A stretch of DNA of 32,000 nt, from assembly GCF_041950575.1 (NCBI RefSeq), contig NZ_CP169546.1; one strand, 5' to 3'. This document shows, in pieces, positions 22,175 through 32,000 of the stretch (its first letter is position 1; each line of letters starts with the position of its first letter). Source of the DNA: Escherichia coli O157:H7 (GTDB lineage: Bacteria > Pseudomonadota > Gammaproteobacteria > Enterobacterales > Enterobacteriaceae). The position numbers and the translations under genes are program-made. The notes below the pieces were generated by a model, which was given only the letters and a program-made list of their open reading frames with translations, was not told the origin of the DNA and did not search any database.

Positions 22175-22588
22175 ATGGCAACGAATGAAAGCATCATGAC
22201 GCTACCGCTGGCGAGTAAATTTAAAGTCGAAGCGCGGGCAATGGCTGACAGAGGTTTATCAACCTATGAGGCCGTATATCAACTAAACAAACTGGAAGAG
22301 CAGGACAAGCCGTGCGCTGATGCGATTATGGCGCTTCATGAGCATAAAGACTATCAGCCGCTGTTGCGTGCAATGGCAAACGTGCCTTGTATCGATGTTG
22401 GTACGGCTAAAAGCATCCTTAGCATGACCATAGAGCAGGAACGTCCGAAGGTTGCGCCGGAACTTACCGCAGCCTTTGAAAACTTTATGGACATGCACAG
22501 CCCGCAAGCCGTATCAGCTGGCATGGCATACGATGGCAGAAACCAGGGCGATGACGGCGACATCGATCGCATACTGAAAACCATCTGA
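22175..22588 (+). CDS. Hypothetical protein (137 aa) in the capsid operon
   Basis: MATNESIMTLPLASKFKVEARAMADRGLSTYEAVYQLNKLEEQDKPC...; SD caggggg; followed by a terminator. Confidence 0.75.
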   Translation: MATNESIMTLPLASKFKVEARAMADRGLSTYEAVYQLNKLEEQDKPCADAIMALHEHKDYQPLLRAMANVPCIDVGTAKSILSMTIEQERPKVAPELTAAFENFMDMHSPQAVSAGMAYDGRNQGDDGDIDRILKTI

Positions 22589-22594
22589 GACAAG

Positions 22595-22616
22595 GCCGGA
22601 GAAATCCGGCTTTTTT
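22595..22616 (+). terminator. Rho-independent terminator ending 2 nt before the cosQ-containing repeat
   Basis: GCCGGA-gaaa-TCCGGC then T6 (22611-22616). Confidence 0.85.
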
Positions 22617-22617
22617 A

Positions 22618-22683
22618 CGGGTCCTTCCTGGAATTATGGCCCGTTACGGGGCGGCGACCTCGCGGATTTTCGCTATTTATGAG
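22618..22683 (+). other. cos site 1 (lambda type): cosQ GGGTCCT 22619-22625, cosN 12-nt overhang GGGCGGCGACCT 22649-22660
   Basis: cgttacg^GGGCGGCGACCT^CGCGG plus TTTTCGCTATTTATGA as in lambda DNA ends; the first 48 bp are repeated inverted at 23511-23558. Confidence 0.9.
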
Positions 22684-22754
22684 CCTTTTCAGGGTGGTGG
22701 TGGTGGTTTTGTTGTTTGATCTATCTTTATGAATGAAAAGGGAAAGATGCAAGC

Positions 22755-22792
22755 AATACACCAACCTGAAGCAGTAATTAAGTTGGTGTATT
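22755..22792. promoter_or_regulatory. Inverted repeat directly upstream of terS
   Basis: AATACACCAAC (22755-22765) / GTTGGTGTATT (22782-22792), 16-nt loop; the ATG starts at 22794. Confidence 0.6.
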
Positions 22793-22793
22793 A

Positions 22794-23336
22794 ATGAAAT
22801 CTCATCTGATGAACAAAAAAAACATGGCGAAAAGCTGCCGTGTAAGTGCGACAGCGTTCGACAAGTGGGGAGTAACTCCCGTTGAGCGTAAAGGCCGTGA
22901 GGCGTTTTATGATGTTGCCAGCGTGATAGAAAATAGGGTTAACAATGCAATTAGCCAGCTTATAAACGACAAAGGCGAGATTGACGATGATGAACTTTTA
23001 CGAGTCAGGATCAGATTACTGACAGCACAGGCAGAGGCGCAGGAACTTAAAAACGATCGCGATCGCGGTGACGTGATTGATACTGAGTTTTGCCTGTACG
23101 CGCTTTCAAAGCTGGCGAGTCAGATTTCATCAATCATGGACAGCCTCCCGCTTACTATGCAAAGGAGCTTCCCACAGATTACCCCCGCCATGCTGGACAG
23201 GCTTAAAAGGGAAGTGGTTAAAGCCTGTAATGCCAGTGCCAGAGTTGCCGACAACCTCCCACAGATACTGGCTGATTACTTGAAAGAAACAACCGGAAAC
23301 GTACCGGAAAAGTTGCTACAGAAGAAAGGCGAGTAA
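22794..23336 (+). CDS. Phage terminase small subunit-like protein (Nu1/DUF1441 type); MNKKNMAK (22809) is an alternative start
   Basis: N-terminal winged-helix-like MNKKNMAKSCRVSATAFDKWGVTPVERKGREAFYDVASV, then LLTAQAEAQELKNDRDRGDVIDTEFCLYALSKLASQISSIMDSLPLTMQRSFPQITPAMLDRLKREVVKACN. Confidence 0.8.
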   Translation: MKSHLMNKKNMAKSCRVSATAFDKWGVTPVERKGREAFYDVASVIENRVNNAISQLINDKGEIDDDELLRVRIRLLTAQAEAQELKNDRDRGDVIDTEFCLYALSKLASQISSIMDSLPLTMQRSFPQITPAMLDRLKREVVKACNASARVADNLPQILADYLKETTGNVPEKLLQKKGE

Positions 23337-23363
23337 CAGACGCGCAATTATTGAACAAAAATG

Positions 23364-23426
23364 AGAAAGGATCTGATAATGGCATTTTCTGGCTAAAATG
23401 CCTCGTGTCAGATCCTTTCTTTTTTT
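23364..23426. terminator. Long two-part stem-loop after terS
   Basis: 13-bp arms AGAAAGGATCTGA (23364-23376) / TCAGATCCTTTCT (23408-23420), inner arms GGCATTTT (23381-23388) / AAAATGCC (23395-23402), then T-tract. Confidence 0.75.
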
Positions 23427-23492
23427 AATATTTTCATTGTTAAACAGTCTGTTACAGAGAAGAAGATCGGATCTGACTTTTGCCGGAAAATT

Positions 23493-23558
23493 CTCATAAA
23501 CAGATAAAAACCGCGAGGTCGCCGCCCCGTAACGGGCCATAATTCCAGGAAGGACCCG
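23493..23558 (-). other. cos site 2 (lambda type, inverted): cosN 23516-23527, cosQ 23551-23557 on the minus strand
   Basis: Reverse complement reads CGGGTCCTTCCTGGAATTATGGCCCGTTACG^GGGCGGCGACCT^CGCGGTTTTTATCTGTTTATGAGAATTTTCCGG; the last segment matches the lambda left-end sequence pattern AAAATTTTCCGG. Confidence 0.9.
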
Positions 23559-23591
23559 ACGACACCAGACTATCAGAGCGATGGGGGCACA

Positions 23592-23873
23592 ATGACAGAA
23601 GCCGAACTACTGGGATTAATCCGCCGCGTCGCCGGAATCAGCCAGCAGCATGACGAACAGGCCACACAGCCGGACAGCGTGACCGCTGAAAATTATGTGC
23701 GTGTTGTAGCGGAAGTGATGCGCCGTGATGGTATAGAACTTAATGGCGTTGATATGCGCAACATACGGAACCGCGTTCTTGAAATGCTGGCCTACAATCG
23801 CCGCGTTGAACTGTATCGGGAGAAAGAAAAAATAACGTACCACTGGAAGAAGCCGGAACGGCTGCGGCGGTAA
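23592..23873 (+). CDS. Hypothetical protein (93 aa), candidate satellite packaging or regulatory accessory protein
   Basis: MTEAELLGLIRRVAGISQQHDEQATQPDSVTAENYVRVVAEVMRRDGIELNGVDMRNIRNRVLEML...; immediately outside cos2. Confidence 0.65.
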   Translation: MTEAELLGLIRRVAGISQQHDEQATQPDSVTAENYVRVVAEVMRRDGIELNGVDMRNIRNRVLEMLAYNRRVELYREKEKITYHWKKPERLRR

Positions 23874-23960
23874 CTTGCTGATATTCCCGATAACGCAAAA
23901 TTGCGCTGGCTACATCCTCACATCTGAGGACTGTTAATCAGAAGGCCGGAATATATTCAC

Positions 23961-23983
23961 AAACTACGAAATTTTCGTAGTTT
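23961..23983. repeat. Near-perfect palindrome AAACTACGAAA-t-TTTCGTAGTTT
   Basis: 11-bp arms, 1-nt spacer, in the noncoding right end. Confidence 0.7.
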
Positions 23984-24004
23984 AATTAATGGTCAGATTA
24001 ATCG

Positions 24005-24118
24005 CTAACCCGCTGATATTTTCGGAAACCTCAATTTGAGGAAGTCGGAAGCGTCACCCTTCATATTCTGAATGGTCATAATGACCACGCAGACCATCAA
24101 GGCAACCACAACGAACAT
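24005..24118 (-). CDS. Candidate small hydrophobic peptide (37 aa)
   Basis: Minus-strand frame MFVVVALMVCVVIMTIQNMKGDASDFLKLRFPKISAG; one hydrophobic helix, no clear SD. Confidence 0.25.
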   Translation of the reverse strand: MFVVVALMVCVVIMTIQNMKGDASDFLKLRFPKISAG

Positions 24119-24242
24119 CGTTACGGTTGGAGCTTTTACCCCACTGGGGGAAAGGTATTACGATAATCATAACACCTACCGAACAGGTAAAACCCACCAG
24201 CCTGATTAACAGTTAACCGGAAAAAAAATCCGGTAGCCCCGT

Positions 24243-24258
24243 TATGGGGATCCCCATA
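24243..24258. repeat. 16-bp perfect palindrome TATGGGGATCCCCATA
   Basis: Read directly from sequence. Confidence 0.8.
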
Positions 24259-24366
24259 TCGACATTAACGCCCCTCATGAATTGGTGCGCTTCCCCCTGG
24301 AAAGATTACCCGCCTGTATATTTCTTGTGTCTATTTGTTCCACGTTGTTTCATACAGTGCACCGAA

Positions 24367-24387
24367 CGGTGTAGTTAATGGTGTAGT
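24367..24387. repeat. Right end-associated repeat CGGTGTAGTTAATGGTGTAGT
   Basis: Identical to 13393-13413, same orientation. Confidence 0.65.
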
Positions 24388-24465
24388 CAATTTGCTGTTT
24401 TTAGCACTTTTTGCAGTGTGGGTTGTTTAATTAAATCAATGGGTTGCCTTGCTGTGGTGATAAAA

Positions 24466-24475
24466 GGACATATTT
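24466..24475. repeat. Candidate right attachment core (attR) ggacatattt overlapping the phoQ stop codon (24474-24476)
   Basis: Matches 13259-13268. Confidence 0.45.
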
Positions 24476-25934
24476 ATTCATCTTTCGGCGTAGAATGCTG
24501 GCGACCAAAAATCACCTCCATCCGCGCACCGCCAAGCATGCTCTCTCCGGCGACGATTTTACCCTCATATTGCTTGGTGATTTCGCGGGCTACCGCCAGC
24601 CCCACACCTTGCCCAGGGCGTAAAGTATCAACCCGTTGACCACGGTCGAAAATGACCTCTCGCTTGCTTAATGGAATACCGGGGCCATCATCCTCGACCA
24701 CAATATAGAGATGCTCGTCGGTTTGCCTTGCAGAAATTTCGACAAACTCGAGGCAATATTTACAGGCATTATCCAGTACATTGCCCATCACCTCGACAAA
24801 ATCGTTCTGCTCACCGACAAAGCTGATCTCTGGCGAAATATCGAGAGAGATATTGACCCCTTTGCGTTGATACACTTTGTTCAGCGCCGAGGTGAGATTG
24901 TCCAGCAGTGGGGCGACCGGATGCAGCTCGCGGCTGAGCAATGTCCCGCCGTGCATACTGGCACGATGCAGGTAGTAGCCAATTTGCTGTGAAATGCGGC
25001 TGATTTGCTCCAGCATTACCGGTTCAGCATCACTGACGCTCATCTTTTCACTACGTAGAGAACGCAGCGTACTTTGCAGCACCGCCAGTGGCGTTTTCAG
25101 ACTATGGGTCAGGTCGGTGAGCGTTGTACGATATTTGTCGTAACGTTCGCGTTCACTTTTTAACAATCGGTTCAGGTTTCGTACCAGACTGGTCAGTTCT
25201 CGCGTTGTGGCTGGATTGAGCAATTCGCGGTTATGTTCTTCCAGTTCGCGGACTTCTTTTGCCAGGGCTTCGATGGGGCGTAAACTCCACCAGGCGGCGA
25301 CCCACAGCAGCGGGATCACTAACAGCAGATTGGCTGAGAGCACATAGATAAACCAGCTCCAGACCATATAGGAACTTTTTAGCTCCACCGGAATGGTATC
25401 CACCACCACAATGGTTAACTTTGGCATCCGCGATGTTGCCGGGTAGACGTTTACCGCCACCGAGTGGGTCATCTCCGCGTCGTCATCATCTTCCCGCACT
25501 TCCTGCAACTGTTGCTGTATCGAATGATCTCCACTCAGCAAGAGGCTGGTATCGTTAACATCCGCTTCAATTTCATGAAAACCATTCGATTTCAGCCAGT
25601 CAGGCTGGATCATCTTCATCAGCCAGGGCACGTCACGTTGCGCCCATAAAAGCTGCCCGTTCTCATCATAAATTAGCGTCATGGTGGGGCTTTGCTTGTC
25701 GATATTTTCGGGTAACTCGACATGCAACTTATTGTTTTCCCACTTCGCAAGGGTATAGAACAGATTGCTCTCGCCACGTAACAGCCGAAACGTAGTTTTA
25801 TCGAAACTGACGCTATAACCGATCAGCGCGACCATTCCGTAGGCAAGCGAAAGCACCAGTACTACCGCTGCCGTTGCCAACAGAAAACGTACCCGCAGCG
25901 AGAGCGGGAAAAAAAGACGCAGTAATTTTTTCAT
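24474..25934 (-). CDS. phoQ: Sensor histidine kinase PhoQ
   Basis: [33 protein letters not shown]..., HAMP and H-box ([13 protein letters not shown]), G boxes. Confidence 0.95.
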   Translation of the reverse strand: MKKLLRLFFPLSLRVRFLLATAAVVLVLSLAYGMVALIGYSVSFDKTTFRLLRGESNLFYTLAKWENNKLHVELPENIDKQSPTMTLIYDENGQLLWAQRDVPWLMKMIQPDWLKSNGFHEIEADVNDTSLLLSGDHSIQQQLQEVREDDDDAEMTHSVAVNVYPATSRMPKLTIVVVDTIPVELKSSYMVWSWFIYVLSANLLLVIPLLWVAAWWSLRPIEALAKEVRELEEHNRELLNPATTRELTSLVRNLNRLLKSERERYDKYRTTLTDLTHSLKTPLAVLQSTLRSLRSEKMSVSDAEPVMLEQISRISQQIGYYLHRASMHGGTLLSRELHPVAPLLDNLTSALNKVYQRKGVNISLDISPEISFVGEQNDFVEVMGNVLDNACKYCLEFVEISARQTDEHLYIVVEDDGPGIPLSKREVIFDRGQRVDTLRPGQGVGLAVAREITKQYEGKIVAGESMLGGARMEVIFGRQHSTPKDE

Positions 25935-26605
25935 CAGCGCAATTCGAACAAATAGCCCTGGCCGCGAACGGTAGTAATCACTTCTTGCGGATATTGTGCC
26001 TGAATTTTTTTGCGCAGACGTCCCATCAGTACATCAATGGTATGGCTTTCCCGCAGCTCCGCATCCGGATAGAGTTGTAGCATTAACGAATCTTTGCTGA
26101 CCACTTTGCCATTATTGCGTATCAACGTTTCCATAATGGTGTATTCGAACGCGGTCAGTTTGATCACTTCGTCATTAATAGATAATTCACGGCGAGAGAG
26201 ATCAACCTGAAACGGGGGGAGCGAAATGACCTGTGAAGCCAGGCCGCTATTACGCCGCATTAATGCCTGCATTCGCGCCATCACCTCTTCAATATGAAAC
26301 GGTTTAGTCACGTAATCATCAGCACCGGCACTTAATACTTCGACTTTGTCCTGCCAGCTTTCACGGGCGGTTAATACCAGAATCGGCAGTGAAACATCAT
26401 TGCTACGCCAGCGGCAAATCAGTGACAGACCGTCCTCGTCTGGCAATCCGAGATCGACAATCGCAATATCCGGTAAATGTTCATTGAGATAATAATCGGC
26501 TTCTTTGGCATCTTCTGCATCATCGACCTGATGACCAGCATCCTGAATCTGAACTTTAAGGTGGTGACGTAACAACGCATTGTCTTCAACAACCAGTACG
26601 CGCAT
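25934..26605 (-). CDS. phoP: Response regulator PhoP
   Basis: [39 protein letters not shown]...; OmpR-type C-terminus. Confidence 0.96.
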   Translation of the reverse strand: MRVLVVEDNALLRHHLKVQIQDAGHQVDDAEDAKEADYYLNEHLPDIAIVDLGLPDEDGLSLICRWRSNDVSLPILVLTARESWQDKVEVLSAGADDYVTKPFHIEEVMARMQALMRRNSGLASQVISLPPFQVDLSRRELSINDEVIKLTAFEYTIMETLIRNNGKVVSKDSLMLQLYPDAELRESHTIDVLMGRLRKKIQAQYPQEVITTVRGQGYLFELR

Positions 26606-26665
26606 TTTTATTTCTCCCTGTCTTAATTATTAAAATAGTGTAACGCGATTATGTGGTTATGGGGG

Positions 26666-26682
26666 TAAACATTAAATAAACC
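26666..26682 (-). promoter_or_regulatory. PhoP box upstream of phoP (autoregulated promoter)
   Basis: Minus strand GGTTTA-TTTAA-TGTTTA, the known direct-repeat PhoP box. Confidence 0.85.
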
Positions 26683-26773
26683 AGCGGGGGAGGGGAGGTA
26701 AAGTGAAAAAATAAAAAGCGGATAATCTTAATAAGCAGGCCGGACAGCATCGCCATCCGGCACTGGTACGAGT

Positions 26774-28147
<1,374 letters not shown>

Positions 28148-28795
28148 TCACAACTCCGGGGTTAAATGAGCAAGAATTTGTTTTGCCTGAGTGGTCAGGC
28201 GATTACGAGAAAACATCAGTTGCAGACGTCCGCCGCCGACCTGGTGCCAGAGCACGGCGGCGCGAATGCCTGCCAGCAGGGTTGCGCGAACTTTCGCCTG
28301 CACTTGTGGGCTTTGCAGTACAGCAGGGGAACCGGTGACCTGAATGCGCGGGCCAAGCGGGCTGATCACATCAACATAGATAGCAGCCATCGCGCTCATC
28401 AGCGTTTCGGACTGTAAATCGAAGTGTTCGAGCTGGCGTTGCAGGCCGTTGATCCGGTTGCCCAGAGTGTCGAGCGCACCTTTCGCTGAGGAGAGTTTGC
28501 GCTTAAGCACCATCAGGCTGAGTGTGTAGCGGGTTAATTCGGCGTTTAAGCCCTGGCGACTGCTGGCATTGAGCACGCCGAGCAGGGTTTCCAGCCCGAC
28601 GCGCAGGTTGGCTTCGCTACCGCCAAAAACCGCCAGCGTCGAGCTGGGGTTCATATCAATAATACTGTTGAGTGAGACGTGTAGCGCATCGGCATCACAA
28701 TGCCCCTGGTGAGCGAGTTGTTGCACCAGGCGTGCCGACTGACAAATACCGGCCAGGGCGAGGGTGATGTCATAGTAATTCTTTGCCACGTTCAC
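28148..28795 (-). CDS. hflD: Lysogenization regulator HflD
   Basis: [38 protein letters not shown]... Confidence 0.93.
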   Translation of the reverse strand: MNVAKNYYDITLALAGICQSARLVQQLAHQGHCDADALHVSLNSIIDMNPSSTLAVFGGSEANLRVGLETLLGVLNASSRQGLNAELTRYTLSLMVLKRKLSSAKGALDTLGNRINGLQRQLEHFDLQSETLMSAMAAIYVDVISPLGPRIQVTGSPAVLQSPQVQAKVRATLLAGIRAAVLWHQVGGGRLQLMFSRNRLTTQAKQILAHLTPEL

Positions 28796-28824
28796 TGCTT
28801 CCTTGTTTTAAGTAAAGATAATAA

Positions 28825-30446
<1,622 letters not shown>

Positions 30447-30455
30447 TGTGCATCC

Positions 30456-31109
30456 TTATTCTGTTGCTTCTCGCCATTCGCCATTGGCAAGGTTATCCAA
30501 AGAGTAATCACCCATCGCATAGCGAATCAGTCGCAGCGTGGGGAAACCAACATGGGCGGTCATGCGGCGCACCTGGCGATTACGTCCTTCATATAAGGTG
30601 ATCTTCAGCCAGCTGGTGGGAATACTTTTGCGTTCACGAATTGGTGGATTCCGCGGCCATAACCACGCGGGTTCGTCAACCAGCTCCGCGCCTGCGGGCA
30701 GGGTAGGGCCATCATTTAAGGTTACGCCATTGCGCAAGGCTTCAAGTGCGTCTTGTGTGGGAATACCTTCCACCTGCACATAATAGATTTTTCCGGTGCG
30801 TTTGCCCGGCTGGGTTAAACGCGCCTGCAACGCGCCGTTATTGGTCAGCACCAGTAACCCTTCGCTATCGCGGTCAAGACGACCTGCTGCATAAACGCCC
30901 TGAACCGGGATGAATTCTTTTAATGTTTTGCGTCCGGCTTCATCGGTGAACTGCGGAAGAACATCGTAGGGTTTATTGAACAGGATCACACGCGTGGGCT
31001 GGTTTTCAGGTTTACGCCTGGTAGAACGTTGTGAGCTGAATCGCTTAACCTGGTGATTTCTAAAAGAAGTTTTTTGCATGGTATTTTCAGAGATTATGAA
31101 TTGCCGCAT
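30456..31109 (-). CDS. rluE: 23S rRNA pseudouridine(2457) synthase RluE
   Basis: RsuA-type motif [17 protein letters not shown]. Confidence 0.93.
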   Translation of the reverse strand: MRQFIISENTMQKTSFRNHQVKRFSSQRSTRRKPENQPTRVILFNKPYDVLPQFTDEAGRKTLKEFIPVQGVYAAGRLDRDSEGLLVLTNNGALQARLTQPGKRTGKIYYVQVEGIPTQDALEALRNGVTLNDGPTLPAGAELVDEPAWLWPRNPPIRERKSIPTSWLKITLYEGRNRQVRRMTAHVGFPTLRLIRYAMGDYSLDNLANGEWREATE

Positions 31110-31280
31110 TATAGCCTAATAACGCGCATCTTTCATGACGGCAAACAATAGGGTAGTATTGACAAGCCAATTACAAATCATTAACAAAAAATTGCTCTAA
31201 AGCATCCGTATCGCAGGACGCAAACGCATATGCAACGTGGTGGCAGACGAGCAAACCAGTAGCGCTCGAAGGAGAGGTGA

Positions 31281-32000
31281 ATGGAAAGTAAAGTAGTTGT
31301 TCCGGCACAAGGCAAGAAGATCACCCTGCAAAACGGCAAACTCAACGTTCCTGAAAATCCGATTATCCCTTACATTGAAGGTGATGGAATCGGTGTAGAT
31401 GTAACCCCAGCCATGCTGAAAGTGGTCGACGCTGCAGTCGAGAAAGCCTATAAAGGCGAGCGTAAAATCTCCTGGATGGAAATTTACACCGGTGAAAAAT
31501 CCACACAGGTTTATGGTCAGGACGTCTGGCTGCCTGCTGAAACCCTTGATCTGATTCGTGAATATCGCGTTGCCATTAAAGGCCCGCTGACCACTCCGGT
31601 TGGTGGCGGTATTCGCTCTCTGAACGTTGCCCTGCGCCAGGAACTGGATCTCTACATCTGCCTGCGTCCGGTACGTTACTATCAGGGCACTCCAAGCCCG
31701 GTTAAACACCCTGAACTGACCGATATGGTTATCTTCCGTGAAAACTCGGAAGACATTTATGCGGGTATCGAATGGAAAGCTGACTCTGCCGACGCCGAGA
31801 AAGTGATTAAATTCCTGCGTGAAGAGATGGGCGTGAAGAAAATTCGCTTCCCGGAACATTGCGGTATCGGTATTAAGCCGTGTTCTGAAGAAGGCACCAA
31901 ACGTCTGGTTCGTGCAGCGATCGAATACGCAATTGCTAACGATCGTGACTCTGTGACTCTGGTGCACAAAGGCAACATCATGAAGTTCACCGAAGGCGCG
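31281..32000 (+). CDS. icd: Isocitrate dehydrogenase (NADP+), 5' part (runs off the right edge)
   Basis: ATG at 31281: [47 protein letters not shown]...; SD aaggagagg. Confidence 0.96.

Larger units (their letters stand above)
13259..24475. mobile_element. Putative phage satellite / PICI-like island integrated at the 3' end of phoQ
   Basis: Integrase at the left end, AlpA-type regulator, replication ATPase, SSB, capsid/decoration/TerS genes and cos sites, no tail or lysis genes; breaks the roxA-phoQ adjacency; short direct repeat ggacatattt at 13259-13268 and 24466-24475. Confidence 0.85.

Noticed and set aside
20759-23336. Capsid-forming PICI with full head gene set
   Set aside because: Only major capsid, decoration and small terminase genes are readable; no ORF resembles portal, protease or TerL.
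13259-24475. Complete or defective lambdoid prophage
   Set aside because: No portal, large terminase, tail, lysis or CI/Cro/N/Q genes; size and AlpA/replication layout fit a satellite better. A heavily deleted prophage cannot be fully excluded without comparison.
13419-24475. Dedicated anti-phage defence system in the island
   Set aside because: No recognisable restriction, abortive infection, TIR, nuclease/helicase or toxin-antitoxin pair; only unknown small ORFs remain as candidates.
31197-31967. 256-aa minus-strand [19 protein letters not shown]...
   Set aside because: Antisense to icd, which is clearly coding.

Overview
The window is an enterobacterial chromosome segment with E. coli gene content and order: mfd(partial)-ycfT-lolC-lolD-lolE-nagK-cobB-potD-potC-potB-potA-pepT-roxA(ycfD) // phoQ-phoP-purB-hflD-mnmA-nudJ-rluE-icd(partial). 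A mobile island of about 11.2 kb (about 13259-24475) sits between roxA and the 3' end of phoQ. It looks like a phage satellite of the phage-inducible chromosomal island (PICI) type. It has a tyrosine integrase, an AlpA-family regulator, a divergent Arc-like repressor candidate with palindromic operators, an Icd-like protein, a run of small overlapping ORFs, a RecA-like replication ATPase with iteron-like repeats at its 3' end, SSB and a PerC-like regulator. It then has a lambda-type packaging/capsid set: major capsid protein (gpE-like), head decoration protein (gpD-like) and a small terminase subunit. Portal, protease/scaffold, large terminase and tail genes are absent. The most striking feature is a pair of lambda-type cos sites (cosQ GGGTCCT plus cosN GGGCGGCGACCT) in a 48-bp perfect inverted repeat that flanks the small-terminase gene, with both sites facing inward. 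Identifications come from reading protein and nucleotide motifs by eye; no database search or computation was run.
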